A stretch of 30,002 bases of DNA from Candidatus Methylomirabilis limnetica (GTDB taxonomy: Bacteria > Methylomirabilota > Methylomirabilia > Methylomirabilales > Methylomirabilaceae). A model generated the notes under the pieces. It made no database searches. It was not told the DNA's origin and worked only from the letters and a program-made list of their open reading frames with translations. The stretch is taken from assembly GCF_003044035.1 (NCBI RefSeq), contig NZ_NVQC01000018.1:1-30002 (forward strand). The letters are read 5' to 3'. Below are positions 1-5,975 of this stretch, piece by piece. The position numbers and the translations under genes are program-made. Every line of letters begins with the position of its first letter. Within the stretch, counting starts at the first letter, position 1.

Positions 1-120
1 GCTTGCAGGTGACGGCGACGTTCTGCTTGAAGACGCCAGAGGCGGGATCGGCAGCTCGTCGGATCTCGTGAGCGCCATGGCAATCGGTGCAGGTTGCGGC
101 AGTGAGATTGCCTTTCTGTA
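1..120 (-). pseudogene. 5'-truncated c-type (probably multihaem) cytochrome gene fragment that runs off the window start
   Basis: The minus-strand frame reads ..KGNLTAATCTDCHGAHEIRRAADPASGVFKQNVAVTCK. The CTDCH haem-c motif lies at 77-91 and the next Cys at 5-7. The cytochrome-like sequence stops near 120, where DUF4338-like sequence takes over in another frame. No native N-terminus or signal peptide is present. Confidence 0.5.
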
Positions 121-125
121 GGATG

Positions 126-581
126 GCCAAACAGGAGACAGGACAGGGGGCGGTGCGAAGCATCGCGAATCAGGTATTTGATGTTTTCCCCTACAGCGCC
201 ACGGTAACCCAGGTAATGATATTGTGACAAGAGGCAGTTGAACAGCGCATAATCCTCCGATTTGAGGCTTACAACCGTGATCCGAAGGGGAATCAATGCC
301 TTGAGACTGTCGCTGATCCCTTCCTTTCGATATGGAACAGATGGATAAGAAGGACGGGACGTAAAAGTAAGTTTCCCCTGGCGGGGAGGCAACACAATAG
401 AGCCAGCTCGCTCCAGTTTCAGCAGGAGGCTGCGGCAGGCCATGTCTTTGTATTGCCCTGTGGGACTTTGCCAGTTCCACAACCTGCAAATCTCCAAAGA
501 GAGGCGGGTGCGGTGCCAGTCGGGGTTGGCAGTAAGCAGCTGTCGGATTTGCTGGACATTTACGGTCATGGATTGTTCCAT
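126..581 (-). pseudogene. DUF4338-family (DruA-like) gene retaining only the N-terminal ~150 codons
   Basis: The start ATG is at 581-579. The translation is MEQSMTVNVQQIRQLLTANPDWHRTRLSLEICRLWNWQSPTGQYKDMACRSLLLKLERAGSIVLPPRQ...LFNCLLSQYHYLGYRGAVGENIKYLIRDASHRPLSCLLFG. This fits the DUF4338 pattern as I remember it (KDMxCR, YHYLGY, LKYL..RPLxCLxFG). The expected AAWK..RD.FIGW continuation is absent after ~126. This ORF is not in the supplied track because the frame stays open to the window edge. Confidence 0.55.
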
Positions 582-730
582 GCCGTGGAATATCACATAA
601 AAAAACGCGTGAGTCCAGCAAAAATGAAGGGGTTCATGAAACTTTTTTAAGGGGTATTCCGTCAGGAAGAAATCACACCTGTTTTATTACTCCATGCTCA
701 GTAGCGGCAAATTATGTGCCGAACAGTATT

Positions 731-1017
731 GGGACAGACACTATTATCGTGACGATTCGTGATGTTCGCGGTCATGATCGTGCATGCCACGGATTGCTCG
801 GATCGTTACACCCGGCCACCCGCATCATTTGACGCAACGAGGGAATTATCACCAGGCGGTCTTTCGAAACGACAGCGATTCGAAGGCACACGCTGACAGA
901 GCGATCACTGCAAGGGGATGGGGCCATCTGGGAAGTGGGCAGGATAACTGGGACGAGTAATACGCGTGTTGCAGAGGAGAAGACCAAGAAAGGATCTCAA
1001 TAAATAGTGTCTGTCCC
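731..1017 (+). mobile_element. MITE-like element A1 (287 bp) with 15-bp terminal inverted repeats GGGACAGACACTATT
   Basis: The left end is GGGACAGACACTATT (731-745) and the right end AATAGTGTCTGTCCC (1003-1017). It is roughly 80% identical by eye over its whole length to a second copy at 1838-2119 in the same orientation. Confidence 0.75.
784..960 (+). pseudogene. 58-codon remnant of an IS200-like / REP-associated tyrosine transposase (COG1943-type) N-terminus inside element A1
   Basis: The translation is MPRIARIVTPGHPHHLTQRGNYHQAVFRNDSDSKAH.. . The motif MPRxARxxxPGxPHH(V/L)TQRGNxxQxxF..D.D is the characteristic start of this transposase family. The catalytic HUH/Tyr part is absent. At 58 aa it falls below the ORF-track cutoff. 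Confidence 0.6.
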
Positions 1018-1068
1018 TATATTTCCAGCGTGGAGGTCCAGTTCGTACCATCCCTTACAAGACGAGAA

Positions 1069-1146
1069 GGCGAACAATCGCATTGAGAGCGACGAGGTAT
1101 GGCGCGCAGACGCGCCACACCTCGGGCCTCATGCGTAACGTTATGC
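1069..1146 (+). other. attC-like recombination site 1 (78 bp)
   Basis: Layout: R'' GGCGAAC 1069-1075, 5-nt spacer, L'' CATTGAG 1081-1087, central 13-bp stem GAGGTATGGCGCG/CGCGCCACACCTC (1094-1106 / 1111-1123), L' CTCATG 1128-1133, 6-nt spacer, R' GTTATGC 1140-1146. L'' carries one unpaired T relative to L'. The AAC and GTT triplets are in place. Confidence 0.55.
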
Positions 1147-1804
1147 CTCGTGAGGTCCAGAGATGCCTGAACCATTGACGCCAAGTTCAAGCCTAGTGTC
1201 GGAGTATCTTGACAAGTGGGAACAGCTAGAAAATTACAAACTCCAAGAGGCTTCTTTGGGTCTGCTCTTTCATGGCCTGTGCCCCGAAAACAAACAAATT
1301 GAGCATGTGCTACTGAAGGTCAGCACCCTTAATGACTTTTACAACACCAATATTTTTGACACATATTCGGTAGCCAAGCACATCCTCAAGAAAGATATAG
1401 ATGCTCAGCTCGGGGCAAACGATTATTTCTTGGTAAATGACATTGCGAAGATTTCAATAAAAGGTAAAACAAGAAATTTCTATTCGTTCGCCTCGAAGTA
1501 TTGCAGTCATCACAAACCGAATAACTATCCGATCTTTGACTCATTCATTGAGAAGATGTTGCTGCACTATAAATCAACGGACAGATTCAATGGCTTCAAT
1601 AAAGGTGATCTCAAAAATTACGTACACTTTATCGAGATCATCAAAAGCTTTCAGAGCTTCTACAAGCTGGAGAGCTTTTCTCTGAGGCAAATAGACAATT
1701 TCTTGTGGTTGGCGGGGAAAGAATGGTTCCCGAGAAACTACAAACGAGGCTTAACCAATCGCTCTACGGGACGCGTAACAGCGGCGCGCCCGTGAGCTCA
1801 ACCG
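1141..1804 (+). mobile_element. Integron-type gene cassette (664 bp) bounded by the G|TT points of two attC-like sites
   Basis: A single ORF starts 23 nt after the upstream R' and stops inside the downstream attC. The ORF and both attC sites share one orientation. G+C is about 35-40% (hand count of two lines) against roughly 60% in the surrounding sequence. Confidence 0.5.
1163..1795 (+). CDS. Orphan cassette-borne hypothetical protein (210 aa), AT-rich, no family recognised
   Basis: The ORF is intact with a GAGG motif at 1152-1155, 7 nt upstream of the ATG. It shows strong compositional contrast with its neighbours. The last ~15 codons run through attC-2 and the stop TGA (1793-1795) lies in L'. 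Confidence 0.7.
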   Translation: MPEPLTPSSSLVSEYLDKWEQLENYKLQEASLGLLFHGLCPENKQIEHVLLKVSTLNDFYNTNIFDTYSVAKHILKKDIDAQLGANDYFLVNDIAKISIKGKTRNFYSFASKYCSHHKPNNYPIFDSFIEKMLLHYKSTDRFNGFNKGDLKNYVHFIEIIKSFQSFYKLESFSLRQIDNFLWLAGKEWFPRNYKRGLTNRSTGRVTAARP

Positions 1805-1810
1805 TTCAGC
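1749..1810 (+). other. attC-like recombination site 2 (62 bp)
   Basis: Layout: R'' GCTTAAC 1749-1755 (fits RYYYAAC), spacer CAATC, L'' GCTCTAC 1761-1767, central GGG-a-CGCG / CGCG-CCC stem with a 9-nt loop, L' GTGAGC 1792-1797, spacer TCAACC, R' GTTCAGC 1804-1810. Two unpaired bases (T1765, A1771) lie on the left arm. The 7-5-7...6-6-7 layout matches classical 59-base elements. Confidence 0.65.
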
Positions 1811-1837
1811 GGGAATCGAAATAATAGGAAAATAATA

Positions 1838-2119
1838 GGGACAGACACTATTATCGCGACGATTCGTGGTGGTTACGGTCATGATCGTGCATGCCACGTA
1901 TCTGAATCGCAGCATCCGGCCACCTGTATCATGTGACGCAACGAGGGAATGATCGCCAGGCGATCTTTCGGAACGACAGCGATTCGAAGGCGCACGATGA
2001 CAGAGCGGCCACTGCGAAGAGACGGGTTCATCCGGGAGGTGCGCAGGAAACTGGACGAGTGGGACACGTATTGCAGAGGGGAAGACCAAGAAAGGATTTC
2101 AAGAAAGAGTGTCTGTCCC
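1838..2119 (+). mobile_element. MITE-like element A2 (282 bp), second copy of the GGGACAGACACT-TIR element
   Basis: The termini are GGGACAGACACTATT (1838-1852) and AGTGTCTGTCCC (2108-2119). The transposase-remnant frame (ATG 1891) reads MPRI-TGA-IAASGHLYHVTQRGNDRQAIFRNDSDSKAH, so an in-frame stop sits at codon 5 (1903-1905). Confidence 0.75.
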
Positions 2120-2191
2120 TGTACCCGTGTATAAGTGACACCATAGCGTCTTGACGTTAAGATGCTATTCTTGCTCATGGAGGTGATGACC

Positions 2192-2425
2192 ATGAGTGAA
2201 CCAGTCAAGCGCTCCACTGTCTACTTCAGTCCGGATCTGCATCGAGCTCTTCGCATAAAGGCTGCCCATACCCAGCGCACGGTGTCCGATCTCGTCAATG
2301 ATGCTGTGCGCATGGCCCTCCGCGAGGATCAAGAAGACTTGGCTGCCTTCGTCGAGCGACAGGCGGAACTCGTGATGACCTACGAGGATCTCTTGAGAGA
2401 CCTGAAGTCTCATGGGAAGATTTAG
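2192..2425 (+). CDS. Type II antitoxin, ribbon-helix-helix (CopG/RelB/ParD-like)
   Basis: The translation is MSEPVKRSTVYFSPDLHRALRIKAAHTQRTVSDLVNDAVRMAL.., a typical RHH N-terminus. GGAGGTG lies at 2179-2185, 6 nt upstream of the ATG. The gene overlaps the toxin gene by 14 nt. Confidence 0.85.
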   Translation: MSEPVKRSTVYFSPDLHRALRIKAAHTQRTVSDLVNDAVRMALREDQEDLAAFVERQAELVMTYEDLLRDLKSHGKI

Positions 2426-2675
2426 CCTGGTCTTCAAGAAATCAGTCGCCAAGGATCTTCAAGGGATTCCGAAGGAGGACGTTTCCCGGCTCCTGAAATG
2501 CTTTGAGGTATTAGCGGAAGATCCACACGGGAAAGGGTGCGAGAAGTTGTCCGGACAGGAGAGGTATCGGCTTCGCCAAGGTTCATACCGTATCGTCTAC
2601 GAGATCCAGGGTGATGTTCTCGTTGTGATCGTTGTTACGGTCGGGCGCCTGCGCGACGTCTACAGGCGCAGGTAA
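2412..2675 (+). CDS. Type II toxin, RelE/ParE family
   Basis: The 87-aa product contains ..YRLRQGSYRIVYEIQGDVLVVIVVTVGRLRDVY, the characteristic RelE/ParE C-terminal pattern. The gene is paired and overlapping with the upstream RHH gene. Confidence 0.85.
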   Translation: MGRFSLVFKKSVAKDLQGIPKEDVSRLLKCFEVLAEDPHGKGCEKLSGQERYRLRQGSYRIVYEIQGDVLVVIVVTVGRLRDVYRRR

Positions 2676-2920
2676 CCCGCGCGGCAGAATCGGACCGGCT
2701 TTGCCGGGCGTTCAGCCGCAACATCCGGCTTCCTCGCTTTATTCCATCAGTTCCTCCCCATCATCTTCATCCTCACCAGGGTAATAGCATGTGTATGCCC
2801 TGCCTGGCGGCGCTGGTGAAATCTGCTTGCGGAGTGGGAGCCGCTTTGATAGCCTCGCCCTGACACGGATTCGGGGCCTGCTATACATAGTTATACGTGG
2901 CAACAATGGACGTCATTGAT

Positions 2921-3117
2921 TAGAAAATCCCCCCCCACCCGTCCCCTCCCCCCCGAATCGGGTCCGGGGCAGGCTCTCCGAGGGGGGAGGGTTGGGTACA
3001 CCGCAGGCGCATGGGGTATTCCCGCGAAAATGAGAATCCACACCTTGGATCCGCGCTTTCGCGGGGATGGATTCCCCCGTATCAAGTACGGGGCAGGCTT
3101 GTCAATCCCGGAATGAC
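2921..3117. repeat. Composite REP-like repeat cluster (a C/G-tract unit nested in a CGTCAT...ATGAC hairpin unit)
   Basis: CGTCAT (2921-2926) and ATGAC (3111-3115) bracket the cluster. The 16-mer GTCCGGGGCAGGCTCT (2961-2976) is shared with 18776-18791. Hairpins include CCCGCGAAA/TTTCGCGGG and CCCCGTA/TACGGGG. The cluster is related to units at 15890-16018 and 18688-18866. Confidence 0.6.
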
Positions 3118-3159
3118 ACACTGCCTGAGACGTATGCCCTCGTGTATACAAGGAGGAAG

Positions 3160-3750
3160 ATGATGGCGGCAAAGAAGATTCTGATGCTTGTGGGGGATTT
3201 TGTTGAGGACTACGAGGCGATGGTTCCCTTTCAGATGTTGACCATGGTCGGGCATACGGTTCACACGGTCTGCCCCGGCAAGAAGGCCGGCGACACTGTG
3301 CGGACAGCCGTCCACGACTTCGAGGGGGACCAGACGTACAGCGAGAAGCGGGGTCACAACTTCGCCCTCAACGCCACCTTCGCCAAGATCAGGCCCAAGA
3401 ATTACGACGCCCTGGTGATTCCGGGAGGACGGTCGCCGGAATACCTTCGCTTGAACGAGCAGGTGCTCGACATCGTCCGACACTTTGCGAAGGAGAACAA
3501 ACCTATCGCCTCCATTTGTCATGGACAGCAACTCTTGACGGCGGCCGGTGTCGTGGAGGGCAAGCGCTGCACCTCCTATCCGGCCGTGAGGCCTGAGCTG
3601 ATCCGAGCCGGCGCCAAGTGGGAAGAGGTGAACGCTACCTTCTCCAATGCGTGTGTATATGGTACCCTTGTCACAGCCGCAGCTTGGCCAGGCCATCCTG
3701 AATGGATGCGCAAGTTTCTGGATGTGTTAGGCACCAAGATCGAGCCTTAA
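3160..3750 (+). CDS. DJ-1/PfpI family protein (intracellular protease/amidase-like)
   Basis: The translation is [25 protein letters not shown]...[10 protein letters not shown]...[13 protein letters not shown], with the nucleophile-elbow Cys in ICHG. AGGAGG lies at 3151-3156. The start is 3160 or 3163. The longer track ORF from 3067 runs through the repeat and is rejected. Confidence 0.9.
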   Translation: MMAAKKILMLVGDFVEDYEAMVPFQMLTMVGHTVHTVCPGKKAGDTVRTAVHDFEGDQTYSEKRGHNFALNATFAKIRPKNYDALVIPGGRSPEYLRLNEQVLDIVRHFAKENKPIASICHGQQLLTAAGVVEGKRCTSYPAVRPELIRAGAKWEEVNATFSNACVYGTLVTAAAWPGHPEWMRKFLDVLGTKIEP

Positions 3751-3765
3751 ATATCATCGTGAATC

Positions 3766-3933
3766 GTAACTACTCAGGTGTTTAGGCTGTAGGCTGAGGG
3801 CTGTTAGTCATTGCGCACGGACCGAATCAAGGCGCACTGCGTCGGCCAGTTCAAACGCTCTGAGCTTGGTATGGTCTCGCATGGTGCGTTCCTACAGTCT
3901 AAAAGCCTACAGTCTATCTACCTGAGTAGTTAC
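3766..3933 (+). mobile_element. MITE B1 (168 bp), GTAACTACTCAGGT terminal inverted repeats, 8-bp TSD CGTGAATC
   Basis: The TIRs lie at 3766-3779 and 3920-3933. Identical 8-mers CGTGAATC lie at 3758-3765 and 3934-3941. The internal arms are long and complementary (GGCTGTAGGCT.. / ..AGCCTACAGTC). Confidence 0.9.
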
Positions 3934-3992
3934 CGTGAATCGTCTCAACTCTCGACGGTTAGGCCTGACCAAGTGACAGAGGAGTCGCCCCC

Positions 3993-4994
3993 TTGATAAA
4001 ACTAAGGATCGCTGTACTGTTTCTCGCGGTTGTAGTGATCACAGGGATTGCAGGGTATCGCTTCCTTGAGGGGTATACGTGGTTTGAGGCCTTCTATATG
4101 ACGATCATCACCATCTCAACGGTGGGATTTCAAGAGGTAAGACCCTTGAGCTCGACCGGTAGGCTCTTCACGATCGGGCTCCTCTTTGCCGGCCTGGGGG
4201 TGGTTCTCTATACAGCAGGAACTGTTACCGCAAAAATCGTGGAGGGGGAGTTCCAGCAGTTCTTCGGGAGGAGGAGAATGGAGAAGCAAATCGACGCCCT
4301 GACAAACCACTATCTCGTGTGCGGCTATGGTCGTATCGGGGAGGTGATCTGCCGCGAGTTGGCTTCAAAGCCTGTCCCGTTTGTAGTCATTGAGCTGGAG
4401 GAAGAGCGGGTCCGCAGGGTGGAGGAGGCGGGCCACCTGTTGCTCAAGGGGGATGCCACCGATGAGAAGGTCCTCCTGGTTGCCGGGGTGATAAGGGCCA
4501 AAGGTCTCTTCGCCACCATGCCGGTCGATGCGGACAATGTCTTTATGGTCCTCACGGCCAAGGATCTCAACCCCTCCATCTTTGTAGTAGCCAGGGCCGA
4601 GACGGAGCGTAGCGAAAAGACCCTCGTCCACGCAGGGGCCGATAAGGTTATTTCGCCCTACGCAATGGGGGGACACCGCATGGCTCAGGCGGCCCTCCGC
4701 CCCGCCGTGGTGGACATCATTGAATTGGCCACGCACTATCAAAGCCTGGAACTGCAGCTTGAGGAGATTGTGGTGCCACCGGGGTCTCCCTGCGAGGGGG
4801 TCACGCTGCGTGACTCCGGGCTACGCCAGGAGCCGGGGGTGATTGTGGTAGCGATCAAGCGGGCATTGGGTGGCATGATCTTTAATCCCTCCGCAGATGA
4901 AAAGATTGAGGCCGGGGATAGCCTTGTCGCCCTGGGAGAGGTTGCCCGCCTGAGGTGGTTGGAACGGCGAGTAGAATTGACTTCTTCAACATAA
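3993..4994 (+). CDS. 2-TM potassium-channel-like protein with RCK (TrkA-N + TrkA-C) domains
   Basis: The start is TTG with GAGGAG 8 nt upstream. There are two hydrophobic helices flanking a pore loop, TIITISTVGFQEV. The Rossmann motif is LVCGYGRIGEV and a C-terminal TrkA-C-like segment follows. Confidence 0.85.
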   Translation: MIKLRIAVLFLAVVVITGIAGYRFLEGYTWFEAFYMTIITISTVGFQEVRPLSSTGRLFTIGLLFAGLGVVLYTAGTVTAKIVEGEFQQFFGRRRMEKQIDALTNHYLVCGYGRIGEVICRELASKPVPFVVIELEEERVRRVEEAGHLLLKGDATDEKVLLVAGVIRAKGLFATMPVDADNVFMVLTAKDLNPSIFVVARAETERSEKTLVHAGADKVISPYAMGGHRMAQAALRPAVVDIIELATHYQSLELQLEEIVVPPGSPCEGVTLRDSGLRQEPGVIVVAIKRALGGMIFNPSADEKIEAGDSLVALGEVARLRWLERRVELTSST

Positions 4995-5035
4995 AAGATG
5001 CGTTTTCAACATGGTGAGAGTGCGGAGCAGGGGAC

Positions 5036-5296
5036 ATGATGATGCGGTGGGAGGAGACGATGTCTGGCCCCTGGTTCTGGGGGTGGGGAATCCTCTGGAT
5101 GGTGATGATTACGGCCTTCTGGCTCCTCATCCTGTTGGTGCTGGTGCTGGCGGTTCGCTGGCTCTGGCAGGCTGGTTCCGGGATCCGCTCCGTCCAGCCA
5201 CCGGAGGAATCAGCCCAGGAGATCCTCAAGAAGCGGTATGCCAGGGGCGAGATTGGGAAGGAAGAGTTCGAAACCAAGAAGCGCGATTTACTGTGA
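5036..5296 (+). CDS. Small membrane protein with a C-terminal SHOCT domain
   Basis: One Trp-rich TM helix is followed by ILKKRYARGEIGKEEFETKKRDLL, which is the SHOCT signature. Confidence 0.8.
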   Translation: MMMRWEETMSGPWFWGWGILWMVMITAFWLLILLVLVLAVRWLWQAGSGIRSVQPPEESAQEILKKRYARGEIGKEEFETKKRDLL

Positions 5297-5309
5297 TAGG
5301 ACAGACAGG

Positions 5310-5975
5310 ATGATGCCAAGGTTGCACGATCGCTCGAAGCCTTCCGGGTCCATCGTCAGGCCATTCGACAGCAAGGTGTTGAGTTATACCCCCCTGTTAT
5401 TCGCCGTGTTGCCTTTTCTTGTGTTGTACATAGACGGCCCCGTCAAGACCTTCATCCTGTCGGTGCAGAGCGATTGGGGGCTGATGGTTGCGAGTGCGAT
5501 CACCGCCCTCGGGTATGGCCCAGTGGCTGCCGCCGTGGCTGTGACCCTTTTGGTCATCGGCCTGAAGGCTGGAAAGCATCGAGAGGCCACCGTGGGCAAA
5601 TTCGGATTACTTGCGGTGATCCTCGGTGGCCTCTCCAGTCAGATCATGAAAAACCTGTTTTGCCGATCCCGTCCCCTTGCTGAAAAGTCGGGCCAGTTTT
5701 TTGTCGATTTTCCTTGCTTGGGTAAAGGTTCCGGCCTCATCTCCTTCCCCTCCGGCCATTCTGTGACCGCCTTTGCCCTGGCATGTGTGCTCTCCCGCGC
5801 CTATCCCAGGTGGACGTTTCTCTTCTACGGGCTGGCCGTCCTGGTCGCCCTCTCCAGGATCTATCTCGCCAAGCATTTCCCCTCTGATGTTGTGGCCGGG
5901 GCCGCAATCGGCCTCTTGGCAGGTTGGATCGTCTGTCGGTTTGCGGCCTTTTCCCTTGTGCATGGGCACACCTGA
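5310..5975 (+). CDS. PAP2-family (acid phosphatase / polyprenyl-diphosphate phosphatase-like) membrane protein
   Basis: PAP2 motifs are present: KxxxxRxRP (KNLFCRSRP), PSGH (SFPSGHS) and SRxxxxxHxxxD (SRIYLAKHFPSDV). The start is taken at the ATG at 5310, after the SHOCT gene stop. Confidence 0.85.
   Translation: MMPRLHDRSKPSGSIVRPFDSKVLSYTPLLFAVLPFLVLYIDGPVKTFILSVQSDWGLMVASAITALGYGPVAAAVAVTLLVIGLKAGKHREATVGKFGLLAVILGGLSSQIMKNLFCRSRPLAEKSGQFFVDFPCLGKGSGLISFPSGHSVTAFALACVLSRAYPRWTFLFYGLAVLVALSRIYLAKHFPSDVVAGAAIGLLAGWIVCRFAAFSLVHGHT

Noticed and set aside
453-650. Plus-strand 65-aa ORF
   Set aside because: It lies antisense to the DUF4338-like frame, which carries recognisable conserved motifs. 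It has no SD or family resemblance.
1751-2217. Minus-strand 112-aa ORFs (1751-2089, 1879-2217), plus-strand ORFs 1933-2154 and 1949-2134, and the analogous minus-strand ORF 772-987
   Set aside because: They lie within the MITE-like A elements. Only the plus-strand transposase-stub frame shows any family signal. These are open frames created by GC-rich repeat sequence.
2670-2716. Possible third attC site after the toxin gene (AGGTAAC ... GTTCAGC, the same R' heptamer as attC-2)
   Set aside because: It is only 47 bp. The strong palindrome CGCGCGGCA../..TGCCGGGCG pairs the G of GTT with a base 2 nt beyond AAC, so AAC and GTT are out of register. The 5-nt and 6-nt spacer rule and the L''/L' bulge are absent. 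It is more simply a stem-loop after the TA operon, or at best a decayed site.
2739-2891. Minus-strand 50-codon frame ending ..CYYPGEDEDDGEELME in the TA-pfpI spacer
   Set aside because: It is extremely Arg-rich in its first half, with no SD and no recognisable family. It is most likely a chance open frame.
3811-3996. Plus-strand 61-aa ORF between pfpI and the channel gene
   Set aside because: It is almost entirely inside MITE B1 and is not conserved in the other MITE copies.
5773-5961. Upstream extension of the GT-C glycosyltransferase ORF. Similar extensions occur at 3067-3159 (pfpI), 5238-5309 (PAP2), 11171-11224 (hemW), 12720-12767 (hrcA) and 23924-23962 (murA).
   Set aside because: The extensions overlap the preceding gene, a repeat or the CIRCE operator, and lack homology. 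Internal starts with SD motifs or stop-start overlaps fit orthologue N-termini better.
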